From contig JAQVGO010000003.1 in assembly GCA_028696715.1 (NCBI GenBank), forward strand, positions 10,785 to 74,784: 64,000 nucleotides of DNA, read 5' to 3'. Within the stretch, counting starts at the first letter, position 1, and each line of letters begins with the position of its first letter. Made by a program: the position numbers and the translations under genes. The stretch is from Bacteroidales bacterium. GTDB lineage: Bacteria > Bacteroidota > Bacteroidia > Bacteroidales > F082. The notes beneath the pieces are model-generated. The model ran no database searches. It was not told the DNA's origin and was given only the letters and a program-made list of their open reading frames with translations. Below are positions 1 through 10,468 of this stretch, piece by piece.

Positions 1-1
1 T

Positions 2-79
2 GTTGAAGGTGATGGAAAATGGCCTTTGATTCAATACCACACAACTTACAACGGACAACTTTTACGGATTTACAACTGA
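2..79 (+). CDS. 3' end of a CDS truncated by the window edge, product unknown
   Basis: Only frame open from the window edge (VEGDGKWPLIQYHTTYNGQLLRIYN*). TGA at 77-79 is followed by a hairpin terminator. Too short to identify. Confidence 0.25.
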   Translation, partial: VEGDGKWPLIQYHTTYNGQLLRIYN

Positions 80-105
80 TGTTTTGCTAAAGCAGATTCT
101 TTCAC

Positions 106-147
106 AAAAAAAAACACCTTCCGAACATTACGAAAGGTGTTTTTTTT
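106..147. terminator. Bidirectional intrinsic terminator between the truncated upstream CDS and ahcY
   Basis: A-run 106-114, stem acacctt (114-120) / aaggtgt (134-140), T-run 141-147. Lies between two convergent stop codons. Confidence 0.6.
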
Positions 148-163
148 ATTATACCAAAAGACA

Positions 164-1591
164 TTAATATCTGTAATGATCTGGTTTATAAGGCCCTTCA
201 ACAGGAACACCAAGATAATCAGCCTGCTCTTTGGTAAGTTTTGTCAGTTTTACACCAATTTGTTCCAGATGCAAGCGGGCAACTTCTTCATCCAGGTGTT
301 TGGGCAAACGGTAAACATCAATTTCGTAATTGTCGCGATTTTTCCAGAGGTCAATCTGTGCAAGCGTTTGATTGGTAAAGGAATTGCTCATTACAAAGCT
401 GGGATGGCCAGTAGCACAGCCCAAATTTACCAGGCGGCCTTCAGCAAGCAAATAAATTGCATTGCCCTGAGGCATTACATATTTATCAACCTGAGGTTTG
501 ATATTAATCCTTTCTATATCATCAGCAGTGTTCAAGGCGTCAACCTGAATTTCATTATCGAAATGTCCAATATTACACACGATGCTCTGGTCTTTCATCC
601 GACGCATATGTTCGAGTGTGATAACATCTTTGTTACCAGTAGTGGTAACAAAAATATTTCCAATCTTCAATGCTTCATCAATAGTGGTAACCTCGTAACC
701 TTCCATGGCAGCCTGAAGTGCGCAGATGGGGTCGATCTCGGTAACCAAAACGCGTGCACCATAAGCTTTGAGCGATTTTGCAGAACCTTTGCCCACATCG
801 CCATAACCCAAAACCACACACACTTTTCCGGCCAGCATCACATCCGTGGCACGTTTGATACCATCGGCCAGCGATTCGCGGCAACCATAAAGATTATCAA
901 ATTTCGACTTGGTAACAGAATCATTCACATTGATGGCAGGAACAAGCAATTTCCCTGCTTCTTTCATCTGATAAAGCCTGTGAACGCCGGTTGTGGTTTC
1001 TTCCGAAACACCCTTCCACCTTTTCACGGTTTCGTGCCAGTGTTTTGGGTTTTCTAAATAAGTCTCCTGAAGTATTTTCAACAATGCTTTTTCCTCATTG
1101 CTCCCGGGGGTCTTCTTGAGTAATTCCGGATTTTGCTCAATCTCATAACCTTTGTGAATCATCAGAGTGGCATCGCCACCATCATCAACGATAAGGTCAG
1201 GACCGAGGCCATCATCAAAAGTCAGGGCTTGCTTGGTACTCCACCAATACTCTTCCAAAGTTTCGCCCTTCCAGGCAAACACAGGAACTCCTTTGGCAGC
1301 AATAGCCGCTGCCGCATGATCCTGTGTTGAGAAAATATTACAACTTGCCCAGCGTACTTCAGCACCCAGGGCCTGTAAAGTTTCAATTAAAACGGCTGTT
1401 TGAATGGTCATATGCAAGGATCCTGAAATCCGGGCACCTTTCAAAGGCTGCTCCTTGCCATATTTCTCGCGCAGCGACATCAGGCCGGGCATTTCTTTCT
1501 CGGCTATTTCAATTTCTTTCTGTCCCCAGGATGCCAATTTGATGTCGGCAATCTTGTATCGGACTTCATTTGCTGTCATGGTATTATTCAT
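164..1591 (-). CDS. ahcY: Adenosylhomocysteinase (S-adenosyl-L-homocysteine hydrolase)
   Basis: 475-aa ORF with the typical AhcY N-terminus ([27 protein letters not shown]) and the NAD-binding motif GYGDVGKG. Full length for the family. Confidence 0.97.
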   Translation of the reverse strand: MNNTMTANEVRYKIADIKLASWGQKEIEIAEKEMPGLMSLREKYGKEQPLKGARISGSLHMTIQTAVLIETLQALGAEVRWASCNIFSTQDHAAAAIAAKGVPVFAWKGETLEEYWWSTKQALTFDDGLGPDLIVDDGGDATLMIHKGYEIEQNPELLKKTPGSNEEKALLKILQETYLENPKHWHETVKRWKGVSEETTTGVHRLYQMKEAGKLLVPAINVNDSVTKSKFDNLYGCRESLADGIKRATDVMLAGKVCVVLGYGDVGKGSAKSLKAYGARVLVTEIDPICALQAAMEGYEVTTIDEALKIGNIFVTTTGNKDVITLEHMRRMKDQSIVCNIGHFDNEIQVDALNTADDIERINIKPQVDKYVMPQGNAIYLLAEGRLVNLGCATGHPSFVMSNSFTNQTLAQIDLWKNRDNYEIDVYRLPKHLDEEVARLHLEQIGVKLTKLTKEQADYLGVPVEGPYKPDHYRY

Positions 1592-1633
1592 AACTTTTTG
1601 CTAAATAGTTTTTTAGATCATTAAAAAGGGCTG

Positions 1634-1641
1634 CAAAATTA
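1634..1641 (-). promoter_or_regulatory. Bacteroidota-type -7 promoter box (TAnnTTTG) for ahcY
   Basis: caaaatta is the reverse complement of TAATTTTG, 43 nt upstream of the ahcY ATG. caaa (-33 TTTG) at 1663-1666, 21 nt further upstream. Confidence 0.5.
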
Positions 1642-1870
1642 GCAGTTTTTATCAGATTGTAACAAAAAACAGCAGGTAATTGTTGTGTTGTATCACTCAT
1701 ATAACTCGGGTGACTTGATTTAATTATCTGTGAGTGTGTTGTTTATGAAATCAAAGATATTGTTGCAATTTAGATTAAATACAAATAATTGCAAAAACAC
1801 AAGATTTGTTGTTATTTTGCACCATCGTATTTCAAATTGACCTCCTCAATCCATTGTAAGGGTCTGTTTG

Positions 1871-1977
1871 ATTTATAAAGAAGAGTGGAGAGATTAGGCT
1901 CAACGAAGCTCTAGCAACCTTCCCTGTAAGGAGTGGTGCTAAAACCTAAACCGGCCTTTGGTCAGGTGATGATAAAT
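1871..1977 (+). promoter_or_regulatory. SAM-I (S-box) riboswitch aptamer in the metH-metF leader
   Basis: P1 atttat(1871-1876)/ataaat(1972-1977). Core AAGAGTGGAGAGAT..GGCTCAACGAAGCTCTAGCAACC..(P3 CCTT/AAGG)..GGTGCTAAAACC..(P4 ACCTAAACC/GGTCAGGT)..GATGATAAAT matches the conserved GCAACC and GGTGCTAA blocks of SAM-I. Lies 100 nt upstream of a methionine-synthesis operon. Confidence 0.8.
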
Positions 1978-2077
1978 TAAATAAGTAAAAACCCATGCAG
2001 CAATTAATTGCCATTTTGTACCTTCCCGTCACTCACTACTTTTGTGATGCATTCTTTGTTGCACAAACTATTTTGCC

Positions 2078-5000
2078 ATGATTAACCGCCTCGAACAACT
2101 TAAAGAACTCCTCAAAACTAAAATACTTGTGCTTGATGGGGCAATGGGAACAATGATTCAGCAGGAAAAACTCAAGGCCAAGGATTATGCCGGTGCGCTT
2201 TTTGCCAATCATCCTTTCCCGCAGCAAGGCAATAACGATTTGCTTTCGCTTACGCAGCCTGAACTCATCTATAAAATCCATTGTGCCTATCTGGATGCCG
2301 GAGCCGATATCATCGAAACCAATACTTTTAATGCCAACCGCATTTCGCAGGCCGATTATGGTCTGGAACGCCAAGTGAAAGCATTGAATTTTGCTTCAGC
2401 TCAACTGGCCCGGAAAGCTGCTGATGAATACACAACAAAACAGCCTGATAAACCACGCTTTGTTGCCGGAGCATTAGGCCCCACCAACAAAACCGCATCC
2501 ATGTCGCCCGATGTGAATGATCCCGGCTTTCGTGCAGTCAGCTTCGATCAGCTTGTCGAAACCTATTTTGAACAAGCCGAAGCACTTATAGATGGCGGAG
2601 CGGATGTGTTATTGATTGAAACAGTTTTCGACACCCTAAATGCCAAAGCAGCACTTTTTGCCGTTCAAAACCTACAGGAAAAGCTTGGCCGCAAATTAGG
2701 TGTAATGCTTTCCGGAACGATTACTGATGCCAGCGGACGAACCCTCTCCGGGCAAACAGTTGAAGCGTTCCTAACCTCCGTAAAACATGTCGATTTGATT
2801 AGCATCGGGCTAAATTGTGCCCTGGGAGCGGCTCAAATGCGCCCCTATATTGAAGAACTAAGCAAAAAAGCCAGTTTGCCGGTTAGTGCTTATCCCAATG
2901 CCGGTCTTCCCAATCAATTTGGTGAATACGACGAAAGCCCCGAAATCATGGCAGGTCATCTTCACGATTTCGTTGAGCATGGTTTTGTTAATATAATAGG
3001 TGGTTGCTGTGGCACCACACCAAAACACATCCAATCCTTTGCTAATCTGACATTTAAAGCCAAAGCACGAAAAATTCCGGAAAATAATCACGAAACAATT
3101 TTTTCGGGTCTTGAACCAGTAAAAGTCAACAGGCAGCAAAATTTTGTCAATATTGGCGAACGAACCAATGTAAGCGGTTCCCGAAAATTTGCCCGCCTCA
3201 TCCGCGAAAAGAAATATGAAGAAGCCCTTAGCATAGCCCGTCATCAGGTTGAAGGCGGCGCACAGGTTTTGGACATCAATATGGACGATGGTTTGCTGGA
3301 TGCCAAACACGAAATGGTAACTTTTCTAAACCTACTGATGGCCGATCCTGACATCGCAAAACTTCCGGTGATGATCGACTCCTCGCGCTGGGAAGTGCTC
3401 GAAGCCGGCCTGAAATGTGTGCAGGGCAAAGCTATCGTCAACTCCATCAGCCTGAAAGAAGGAGAAAAAGTCTTTTTGGATCAAGCCAACAAGATTAAAA
3501 AATATGGTGCTGCTGCTGTGGTTATGGCCTTTGATGAAAGCGGACAAGCAGCAGATTATGCCCGCAGAATCGAGATTTGCCAACGAGCGTACGATTTGCT
3601 TACCATAAAAATTGATTTCCCTCCCGAGGATATCATCTTCGATCCCAATATTCTGGCTATCGGAACCGGCATCTCAGAACATAATAATTATGCCGTTGAT
3701 TACATCAATGCTACCCGCTGGATAAAGGAAAATCTGCCTTTTGCCAAGGTAAGCGGTGGTGTGAGTAATCTGTCCTTTGCCTTTCGCGGAAACGACATTG
3801 TGCGCGAAGCCATTCATACTGTTTTTCTGTTTCACGCCATCAAAGCCGGGATGGATATGGGCATTGTAAACCCGGGAATGATACAGATTTATGATGAAAT
3901 TGAGCCCGCTTTGCTTGAGCTTTCCAAAGACCTGGTACTCAACCGCAAACCGGATGCCACTGAAAAACTTTTAGCCTTTGCAGCACAGGCTCAAAAATCA
4001 ACTGTAAAAAGCGAAAAAGCAGACACCTGGAGGGAACTTCCGCTCCCCGAACGCATCAAACATGCACTGGTAAAAGGAAATGCTGAACATATCGAAGCAG
4101 ATGTGCTAAATGTGAGAACTGACTTTCCGCGGGCATTGGATGTGATTGAAGGACCTTTGATGGATGGAATGAATGTGGTGGGTGAACTTTTTGGCGACGG
4201 CCGGATGTTTTTACCGCAGGTGGTTAAAAGTGCCCGTGTAATGAAAAAAGCGGTGGCGGTATTGCTCCCGTATATTGAAGCAGAAAAAACCAGCATCAGC
4301 AGCTCGGCCGGTAAAGTGCTGCTGGCCACTGTGAAAGGTGATGTTCATGACATTGGCAAAAACATCGTAGGTGTAGTGCTGGGCTGCAATAATTACGAAG
4401 TGATCGACCTCGGCGTGATGGTTCCTGCCGAAAAAATCCTGGAAACTGCTGTCAGAGAAAATGTCGATATTATCGGTCTCAGCGGCTTGATTACACCTTC
4501 GCTGGAAGAAATGACCCATGTGGCCACTGAAATGCACGACAGAAAAATGAAAATCCCTTTACTGATCGGTGGTGCCACAACTTCTGAAGTGCATACCGCT
4601 GTAAAAATCTCGCCTGCGTATGAGGCTCCTGTAATTCATGTGAGAGATGCTTCCAAGGTTACTCAGGTAATAAGTCAGTTACTTGGAAATGAAACAAAAA
4701 AGCAGGCTTTTCAGTTGGAAATCAGTACGAGATATGAGCATTTACGTCAAAAATATCAACAATCGAAAATCGGAGATAGCTATGTAAGCCTCGAAACTGC
4801 CCGGGCTAATCGCTTCAAAGGTGAATTTTCAACACATACAATCAAAAAACCTCTAAAACCCGGGATAACGGTTATCAATGATTTGGATTTGAATCTCTTA
4901 AAACCCTATATCGACTGGACTTTCTTTTTCCATTCCTGGCGGATAAATGGCAAGTATCCACAAATTTTTGACGATCCGGTCAAAGGCGATGAAGCCCGTA

Positions 5001-5755
5001 AACTTTTTGATGATGCCCAAAAGTTACTGGATCATATCATTCAGAACAAACTTCTTACGGCCAAAGGTGTAGCCGGCATATTTCCGGCACTGGCAGTTGA
5101 GGACAGCGTGCAGGTTTTCAAGCCCGAAAACCATGATTTGCAGCTTACTCGTTTTGAGTTTCTACGCAACCAACAGCAAAAAAATCAAGGCTATCCCAAT
5201 CTTTGTCTAGCCGATTTTATTGCGCAAAAAGAGGCAGGAATAATGGATTATCTTGGCGGTTTTGTAGTATCAGCCGGCCACGGAACAAGAGAGTTAGTGG
5301 ATCACTTTGAATCACAAAATGATGATTACAATGCGATCATGTCCAAAATACTTGCCGATCGTCTGGCCGAAGCCTTTGCCGAATACCTGCATGTTGTAGT
5401 ACGAAAAGAAATATGGGCCTATGCTCCTGACGAAAACATGGACATCAACGACTTATTGAAAGAAAGCTACCAGGGCATCAGGCCTGCACCGGGCTATCCG
5501 GCCTGTCCGGAACATTCCGAAAAACGCAAGCTGTTCGACCTGCTTGAAGCCGAAAAACATACTGGTGTGCAACTTACCGAAAATTATGCCATGTATCCGG
5601 CAGCATCAGTAAGCGGTTTTTATTTTGCACATCCTTATGCGCAGTATTTTAATGTGGGAAAAATCAGCAAGGATCAGATAGAAGATTACAGCAAACGCAT
5701 CGATAGGTCGATAACTGAAACGGAAAGACTTTTAAACGCAAACCTCAACTACTAA
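2078..5755 (+). CDS. metH: Cobalamin-dependent methionine synthase
   Basis: 1225 aa. Hcy-binding domain (GGCCGTTP), pterin-binding domain, B12-binding DxHxxG (GDVHDIGKN) with SGL and GGA motifs, AdoMet activation domain ([10 protein letters not shown]). Confidence 0.98.
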   Translation: MINRLEQLKELLKTKILVLDGAMGTMIQQEKLKAKDYAGALFANHPFPQQGNNDLLSLTQPELIYKIHCAYLDAGADIIETNTFNANRISQADYGLERQVKALNFASAQLARKAADEYTTKQPDKPRFVAGALGPTNKTASMSPDVNDPGFRAVSFDQLVETYFEQAEALIDGGADVLLIETVFDTLNAKAALFAVQNLQEKLGRKLGVMLSGTITDASGRTLSGQTVEAFLTSVKHVDLISIGLNCALGAAQMRPYIEELSKKASLPVSAYPNAGLPNQFGEYDESPEIMAGHLHDFVEHGFVNIIGGCCGTTPKHIQSFANLTFKAKARKIPENNHETIFSGLEPVKVNRQQNFVNIGERTNVSGSRKFARLIREKKYEEALSIARHQVEGGAQVLDINMDDGLLDAKHEMVTFLNLLMADPDIAKLPVMIDSSRWEVLEAGLKCVQGKAIVNSISLKEGEKVFLDQANKIKKYGAAAVVMAFDESGQAADYARRIEICQRAYDLLTIKIDFPPEDIIFDPNILAIGTGISEHNNYAVDYINATRWIKENLPFAKVSGGVSNLSFAFRGNDIVREAIHTVFLFHAIKAGMDMGIVNPGMIQIYDEIEPALLELSKDLVLNRKPDATEKLLAFAAQAQKSTVKSEKADTWRELPLPERIKHALVKGNAEHIEADVLNVRTDFPRALDVIEGPLMDGMNVVGELFGDGRMFLPQVVKSARVMKKAVAVLLPYIEAEKTSISSSAGKVLLATVKGDVHDIGKNIVGVVLGCNNYEVIDLGVMVPAEKILETAVRENVDIIGLSGLITPSLEEMTHVATEMHDRKMKIPLLIGGATTSEVHTAVKISPAYEAPVIHVRDASKVTQVISQLLGNETKKQAFQLEISTRYEHLRQKYQQSKIGDSYVSLETARANRFKGEFSTHTIKKPLKPGITVINDLDLNLLKPYIDWTFFFHSWRINGKYPQIFDDPVKGDEARKLFDDAQKLLDHIIQNKLLTAKGVAGIFPALAVEDSVQVFKPENHDLQLTRFEFLRNQQQKNQGYPNLCLADFIAQKEAGIMDYLGGFVVSAGHGTRELVDHFESQNDDYNAIMSKILADRLAEAFAEYLHVVVRKEIWAYAPDENMDINDLLKESYQGIRPAPGYPACPEHSEKRKLFDLLEAEKHTGVQLTENYAMYPAASVSGFYFAHPYAQYFNVGKISKDQIEDYSKRIDRSITETERLLNANLNY

Positions 5756-5758
5756 GCC

Positions 5759-6724
5759 ATGCTCGAACTACCCGGCCTTACCTCACAAATTGCAAAATCT
5801 GATAAAACTTTGTTTTCCTTCGAAATTTTGCCACCCCTTAAAGGCCAGCATTTCGAGCATATCCAGCAGGCTGTTGAGCCGCTGATGGATTTTGAACCCG
5901 CTTTTGTAAATGTAACCTACCATCAGGAAGAATTTGAATACAAACAGCTTCAAAACGGCCTGCTCGAAAAGAAAACTGTTCGCAAACGTCCAGGAACTGT
6001 TGGCATTGCAGCTGCCTTGATGTATCGTTATCATGCCAATGTGGTGCCCCATATCATCTGCGGAGGCTTCACCCGTGAGGAAACTGAGAACGCTTTGATT
6101 GACCTTCATTTTCTTGGTGTGAAAAACCTGCTGATCGTGCGGGGCGATCCACAGCCTTCGGTAAAATATTTTCAGGCAGAACCTGGCGGCCATGCCCATG
6201 CCATTGATCTGGTGAAACAGGTTCAAAACCTTAATCAGGGGAAATACCTGGAAGATGATCTGCAGAATTCAACGCCAACTAATTTTTGCATGGGTGTAGC
6301 AGGCTACCCCGAAAAACACATCGAATCGCCCAACCTGGAAAGCGATCTGCAACATTTGAAAGCCAAAATTGATGCTGGTGCTTCTTATATTGTAACCCAG
6401 ATGTTTTTTGATAACCAGAAGTATTTCAATTTTGTTGACAGCTGTCGTGCTGCCGGAATCAATGTGCCTGTGATAGCTGGTTTAAAGCCTGTTTCGGTGC
6501 TTTCTCATTTGCAAAAACTACCACAAACATTTCACATCGATCTGCCGGAAACCCTCGTTAAAGAAATCAAAAAATGCAAAGACAACAAAGCTGTAAGGCA
6601 ATTGGGTGTTGAATGGACTATCGCGCAAGCCAAAGAACTCATCGCTAAAAACACTCCCGTTTTGCATTTTTATACCATGGGGAAATCTGATAATATAAGG
6701 AAAATTGCTGAAGCCGTTTTTTAA
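5759..6724 (+). CDS. metF: Methylenetetrahydrofolate reductase
   Basis: 321-aa MTHFR-family sequence starting 3 nt after the metH stop. Operon context with metH. Confidence 0.93.
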   Translation: MLELPGLTSQIAKSDKTLFSFEILPPLKGQHFEHIQQAVEPLMDFEPAFVNVTYHQEEFEYKQLQNGLLEKKTVRKRPGTVGIAAALMYRYHANVVPHIICGGFTREETENALIDLHFLGVKNLLIVRGDPQPSVKYFQAEPGGHAHAIDLVKQVQNLNQGKYLEDDLQNSTPTNFCMGVAGYPEKHIESPNLESDLQHLKAKIDAGASYIVTQMFFDNQKYFNFVDSCRAAGINVPVIAGLKPVSVLSHLQKLPQTFHIDLPETLVKEIKKCKDNKAVRQLGVEWTIAQAKELIAKNTPVLHFYTMGKSDNIRKIAEAVF

Positions 6725-6893
6725 ACCAGAAATCTTCTATCTTCCTGTTCTTAAATAGCTTAAAAAATCCACTACTATCCTGATCAATGCGGTTGACAAA
6801 AATTTACCTTCCGGATAAGCCGATTGGTTAAGTGGAATTATTAATTTCGTGACGCGTATAGTTGCTGATTTTCCAAACAATAAGCACCAAATT

Positions 6894-7622
6894 ATGAATG
6901 TTTACAACCAACTCAATTCTCCGGGAACAAAAATCGCTGTGCTGGTAGATCCGGATAAGCCCACTGACAAAACTATTACTGCACTGGCCCTAAATGCCAA
7001 AGAGGCCGCAGTTGATTTCTTTTTTGTTGGTGGCAGCCTGCTCACCAATGATAATATGGATAGTTGTATCAAAATACTTAAAACACTAACTGATATTCCT
7101 GTTGTTATTTTCCCCGGCAATTCGCTACAACTCAGCAAAAAAGCAGATGCATTTCTGTTTTTAAGCCTGATCTCCAGTCGTAATCCGGAAATGCTGATTG
7201 GCCGGCATGTTATCTCGGCTCCTTACCTAAAACTTGCAGGCCTTGAAGTAATTTCGACGGGTTATATGCTTATCGACAGCGGAAAACCAACCACAGTAAG
7301 TTATATGAGCAACAGCGTTCCGATTCCATCCGACAAAAATGAGATTGCCCTGTGCACGGCTATGGCAGGCGAAATGTTGGGCATGAAATTAATTTTTATG
7401 GACGCCGGTTCAGGTGCATATAATCCAGTACCCGAATCCATGATCAAAGCAGTAAAAGGCAGCATCGATGTGCCATTGATTATTGGCGGCGGGCTAAAAA
7501 CACCCGAGATGGCAGCCAATGCCGTGAATGCAGGAGCTGATATCGTAGTGGTTGGCAATGCTTTAGAAAACAATCCTGAACTGCTGAAATCGTTTGCCGA
7601 TGCTGTTCATATGATCCACTAA
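6894..7622 (+). CDS. Geranylgeranylglyceryl / heptaprenylglyceryl phosphate synthase family protein (PcrB/GGGPS TIM barrel)
   Basis: Collinear by eye with B. subtilis PcrB: VDPDK, FVGGS, SLISSRNPE..IG, TGY, FMDAGSG, IIGGGL, ADIVVVGNA. The ATG at 6894 is preferred over the GTG at 6849 used by the ORF track. Confidence 0.85.
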   Translation: MNVYNQLNSPGTKIAVLVDPDKPTDKTITALALNAKEAAVDFFFVGGSLLTNDNMDSCIKILKTLTDIPVVIFPGNSLQLSKKADAFLFLSLISSRNPEMLIGRHVISAPYLKLAGLEVISTGYMLIDSGKPTTVSYMSNSVPIPSDKNEIALCTAMAGEMLGMKLIFMDAGSGAYNPVPESMIKAVKGSIDVPLIIGGGLKTPEMAANAVNAGADIVVVGNALENNPELLKSFADAVHMIH

Positions 7623-7711
7623 GTATAGTGAACCACACCTCATACTTTTTCTTTTCAGGCTCAATTGCAGATTTTCTTTAATTTGCGGGCTAATTCCTAT
7701 TTCAGCTTCAT

Positions 7712-9850
7712 ATGATGAAAAAATTACAGCTTTTAGTATTGATGTTGCTGGCTTTTACCAGTCAAGGCCTTTTTGCTCAGAACAAACAACTAACTGAAAC
7801 AGATGCCGCCTGGATGAATCCGGCTTTGTTTCCGGAACGGATGCAACAGTTAAAATGGTTTAGCCACACCGATAGTTACCAGCATTTCGAAAAAGATACC
7901 TTGTGGCTAACCGATTCAAAATCAGGCAAAACCAAGGTACTCCTCACACTTAATAATCTCAATGCGCTCAACTCGAAACAGCAACTTGACAGTCTGAAGC
8001 GGTTTCCTGCTATCAATTGGCTGGAAGATGGCAGCGGCTGGTTTTTTTATCAGGATAAACTCTTACAACTTTCTGCCGATTTCGGGACGATCAAACAGAT
8101 CACAAGTTTTCCGGAAAACGCAGCAAATAAAGTCGTTTTCGAACAGAATTTGCAAACTGCCTACACCATAGATAACAATCTTTTTATTGCTAAGGGCGAA
8201 AATCATATTCAAATTACTGACGAACCAAAAGGCGTTGTGAGCGGGCAATCGGTTCACCGAAACGAATTTGGAATCAGCGGTGGCATTTTCTGGTCGAAAG
8301 ATGGCCTCAAACTGGCTTTTTATCAGATGGACGAGCGCATGGTGACCAATTATCCGCTTGTCAATACCGATGAGCGTATAGCCACACTCAAATATGAACC
8401 TTATCCCATGGCCGGCATGAAAAGCCATGAAGTAAAATTAAAGGTTTATGATCTGACAAGCGAAAACACAGTTACAATTGAAACCGGAGAACCTGCAGAA
8501 CAGTACCTTACAGCCGTCAGCTGGGATCCTTCAGGCGAAAGAATTTACATCGGAATCCTGAATCGGGAGCAAAATCATTTCAAATTTAATGCCTACAACT
8601 CAGCAGATGGCAGTTTTGAGAAAACCCTTTTCGAAGAAAAAGACCCGCAATATGTTGAACCACAGTTTCCGGCTTACTTTCTGCCAAATCAACCAGATCA
8701 ATTCATTTGGTTAAGCGAAAGAGACGGGTTCCGACATATGTACCTTTATTCCACTAAAGGAGAGCTGATTAAGCAACTGACTTCAGGAAATTGGATGATC
8801 ACTGCCGAGCCATTCTTCGATGCTTCCGGGAAATTTGTTTATTTCTATTCCACAGCCGAAAGTCCGCTGGAAAGACATCTTTATAAACTTGACCATCAAA
8901 AAGGCAAAATGATTCGATTAACGGAAACAGCCGGCACTCATCATGTTTCTGTGTCCAAAAACGGGAAATACATCCTGGATTCATACAGCAACCTGGAAAC
9001 TGCCAACACAATTCAATTGACTGATGGAAAAGGCAAGGTGATCAAAACTTTATTGCAATCAAAAGATCCGCTTAAAGACTATGTCTTAGGGAAAACACAA
9101 ATAATGGAACTGGAAGCTGAGGATGGAACAACACTTTATGCCCGTATGATAACGCCACCCAATCTGGATAGCACAAAAAAATATCCGGTGATTGTATATG
9201 TTTACGGAGGTCCTCATGCTCAATTAATTACCAACAGTTGGCTGGGTGGAGCTAATTTTTATCTGAATTATCTTGCCCAACAGGGTTATATCGTTTTCAC
9301 GCTCGACAATCGTGGCTCTGCCAATCGGGGTGCCGAATTTGAACAAATCATTCACAGGCAGCTTGGCAAAACAGAAATCAAAGACCAGCTTACTGGTATA
9401 AACTATTTAAAAACACTGCCTTTTGTAGATCAAAACCGGATTGGTGTTGACGGCTGGAGCTACGGTGGTTTTATGTCGATCAGCCTGAAACTACACCATC
9501 CCGAGATATTTAAGGTGGCAGTGGCCGGTGGTCCGGTTATCGATTGGAAATATTACGAAATCATGTATGGCGAACGCTATATGGACACACCCGATGAAAA
9601 TCCGGAAGGTTACGAATCAGCCAGTTTGATTAACAAAGTAAAAGAGCTGGAAGGAAAACTGTTGATCATTCACGGAACAAACGATCCGGTGGTGGTTTGG
9701 CAACATAGCCTGGCGTTCCTCAAAGCAGCTGTAAATGAAGGCAGGCTGGTAGATTATTTTGTTTATCCAGGCCACGAACACAATGTTAGAGGAAAAGACC
9801 GCGCTCACCTGATTAAAATGATAACCAATTATTTTAACGAAAATTTATAG
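7712..9850 (+). CDS. Dipeptidyl-peptidase IV family serine peptidase (S9B), secreted
   Basis: Signal peptide, DPP-IV-like N-terminal propeller region, C-terminal alpha/beta hydrolase with the nucleophile motif GWSYGG, GTNDPVV (Asp) and GHEH (His). Confidence 0.9.
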   Translation: MMKKLQLLVLMLLAFTSQGLFAQNKQLTETDAAWMNPALFPERMQQLKWFSHTDSYQHFEKDTLWLTDSKSGKTKVLLTLNNLNALNSKQQLDSLKRFPAINWLEDGSGWFFYQDKLLQLSADFGTIKQITSFPENAANKVVFEQNLQTAYTIDNNLFIAKGENHIQITDEPKGVVSGQSVHRNEFGISGGIFWSKDGLKLAFYQMDERMVTNYPLVNTDERIATLKYEPYPMAGMKSHEVKLKVYDLTSENTVTIETGEPAEQYLTAVSWDPSGERIYIGILNREQNHFKFNAYNSADGSFEKTLFEEKDPQYVEPQFPAYFLPNQPDQFIWLSERDGFRHMYLYSTKGELIKQLTSGNWMITAEPFFDASGKFVYFYSTAESPLERHLYKLDHQKGKMIRLTETAGTHHVSVSKNGKYILDSYSNLETANTIQLTDGKGKVIKTLLQSKDPLKDYVLGKTQIMELEAEDGTTLYARMITPPNLDSTKKYPVIVYVYGGPHAQLITNSWLGGANFYLNYLAQQGYIVFTLDNRGSANRGAEFEQIIHRQLGKTEIKDQLTGINYLKTLPFVDQNRIGVDGWSYGGFMSISLKLHHPEIFKVAVAGGPVIDWKYYEIMYGERYMDTPDENPEGYESASLINKVKELEGKLLIIHGTNDPVVVWQHSLAFLKAAVNEGRLVDYFVYPGHEHNVRGKDRAHLIKMITNYFNENL

Positions 9851-9956
9851 TTTTATTTTTAGATTTATTCCACTTTCAGGAATTTAATCCATATCTAGAA
9901 CTTTTATCCATTTGGACTAAAGCTTTATATAATTGACAATAAGTCATTTATGTATT

Positions 9957-9972
9957 TGGCATATTAAATGCT
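9957..9972 (+). promoter_or_regulatory. Candidate sigma-54 (-24/-12) promoter upstream of the orphan receiver gene
   Basis: TGGCAT-attaa-aTGCT versus consensus TGGCAC-N5-TTGCW. GG (9958-9959) and GC (9970-9971) have the exact canonical spacing. About 27 nt upstream of the ATG at 9999. Confidence 0.4.
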
Positions 9973-9998
9973 AATGAATCGATAAGATAATTCCTGAA

Positions 9999-10379
9999 AT
10001 GGAGGTGCGAATGACAGCTAACAAACATATACTTGTAGTGGATGATTTGAAAGTAAATTTTCTACTGATCAAAGCCATGCTTTTGAGAAACGGGATGTTG
10101 GTGAGCTGGGCCGAAAATGGCTATGAAGCTATTGAAATAGTAAAAAAAGAAACCAATCTCAGTGCAATTTTAATGGATTATAACATGCCTGGAATCGATG
10201 GCCTGGAAACCACCCTCATTATCAAAAAACTAAGGCCCGATTTAAAAGTAATATCCCATTCAACCTTTACAGACACCTCATCTTTTGACAGAAGCAACGC
10301 CCCTTTCGACGATTACCTTTCAAAACCTATTGACTGTAATCAACTCATTTCGCTGCTGCAAAAACATCTGAAACAATAA
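9999..10379 (+). CDS. Single-domain response regulator (CheY-like receiver)
   Basis: 126 aa with VVDD, the phospho-acceptor context ILMDYNMPGIDG, and YLSKP (conserved Lys). Confidence 0.9.
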   Translation: MEVRMTANKHILVVDDLKVNFLLIKAMLLRNGMLVSWAENGYEAIEIVKKETNLSAILMDYNMPGIDGLETTLIIKKLRPDLKVISHSTFTDTSSFDRSNAPFDDYLSKPIDCNQLISLLQKHLKQ

Positions 10380-10418
10380 AATCACGCAGGGCAATTTTCA
10401 ATTGTCGAAAAGCTTTGT

Positions 10419-10426
10419 TATTTTTG
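10419..10426 (+). promoter_or_regulatory. Bacteroidota-type -7 box (TATTTTTG) for the hybrid kinase gene
   Basis: Exact TAnnTTTG 43 nt upstream of the ATG at 10469. Confidence 0.4.
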
Positions 10427-10468
10427 TGGTGCTCAATCATTAGCCAGGTCTGGATAAACTAATTCGGC

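Noticed and set aside
137-1057. Long antisense ORFs in the six-frame track, such as the 306-aa + strand ORF opposite ahcY. Other examples are 2858-3310, 14672-15076, 21584-21991, 24658-25068, 38733-39164 and 52112-52492.
   Set aside because: Each lies wholly inside, and antisense to, a confidently identified conserved gene. They have odd composition (Phe/Ile/Asn- or Ser/Pro-rich) and no promoter or terminator of their own. These are classic shadow ORFs.
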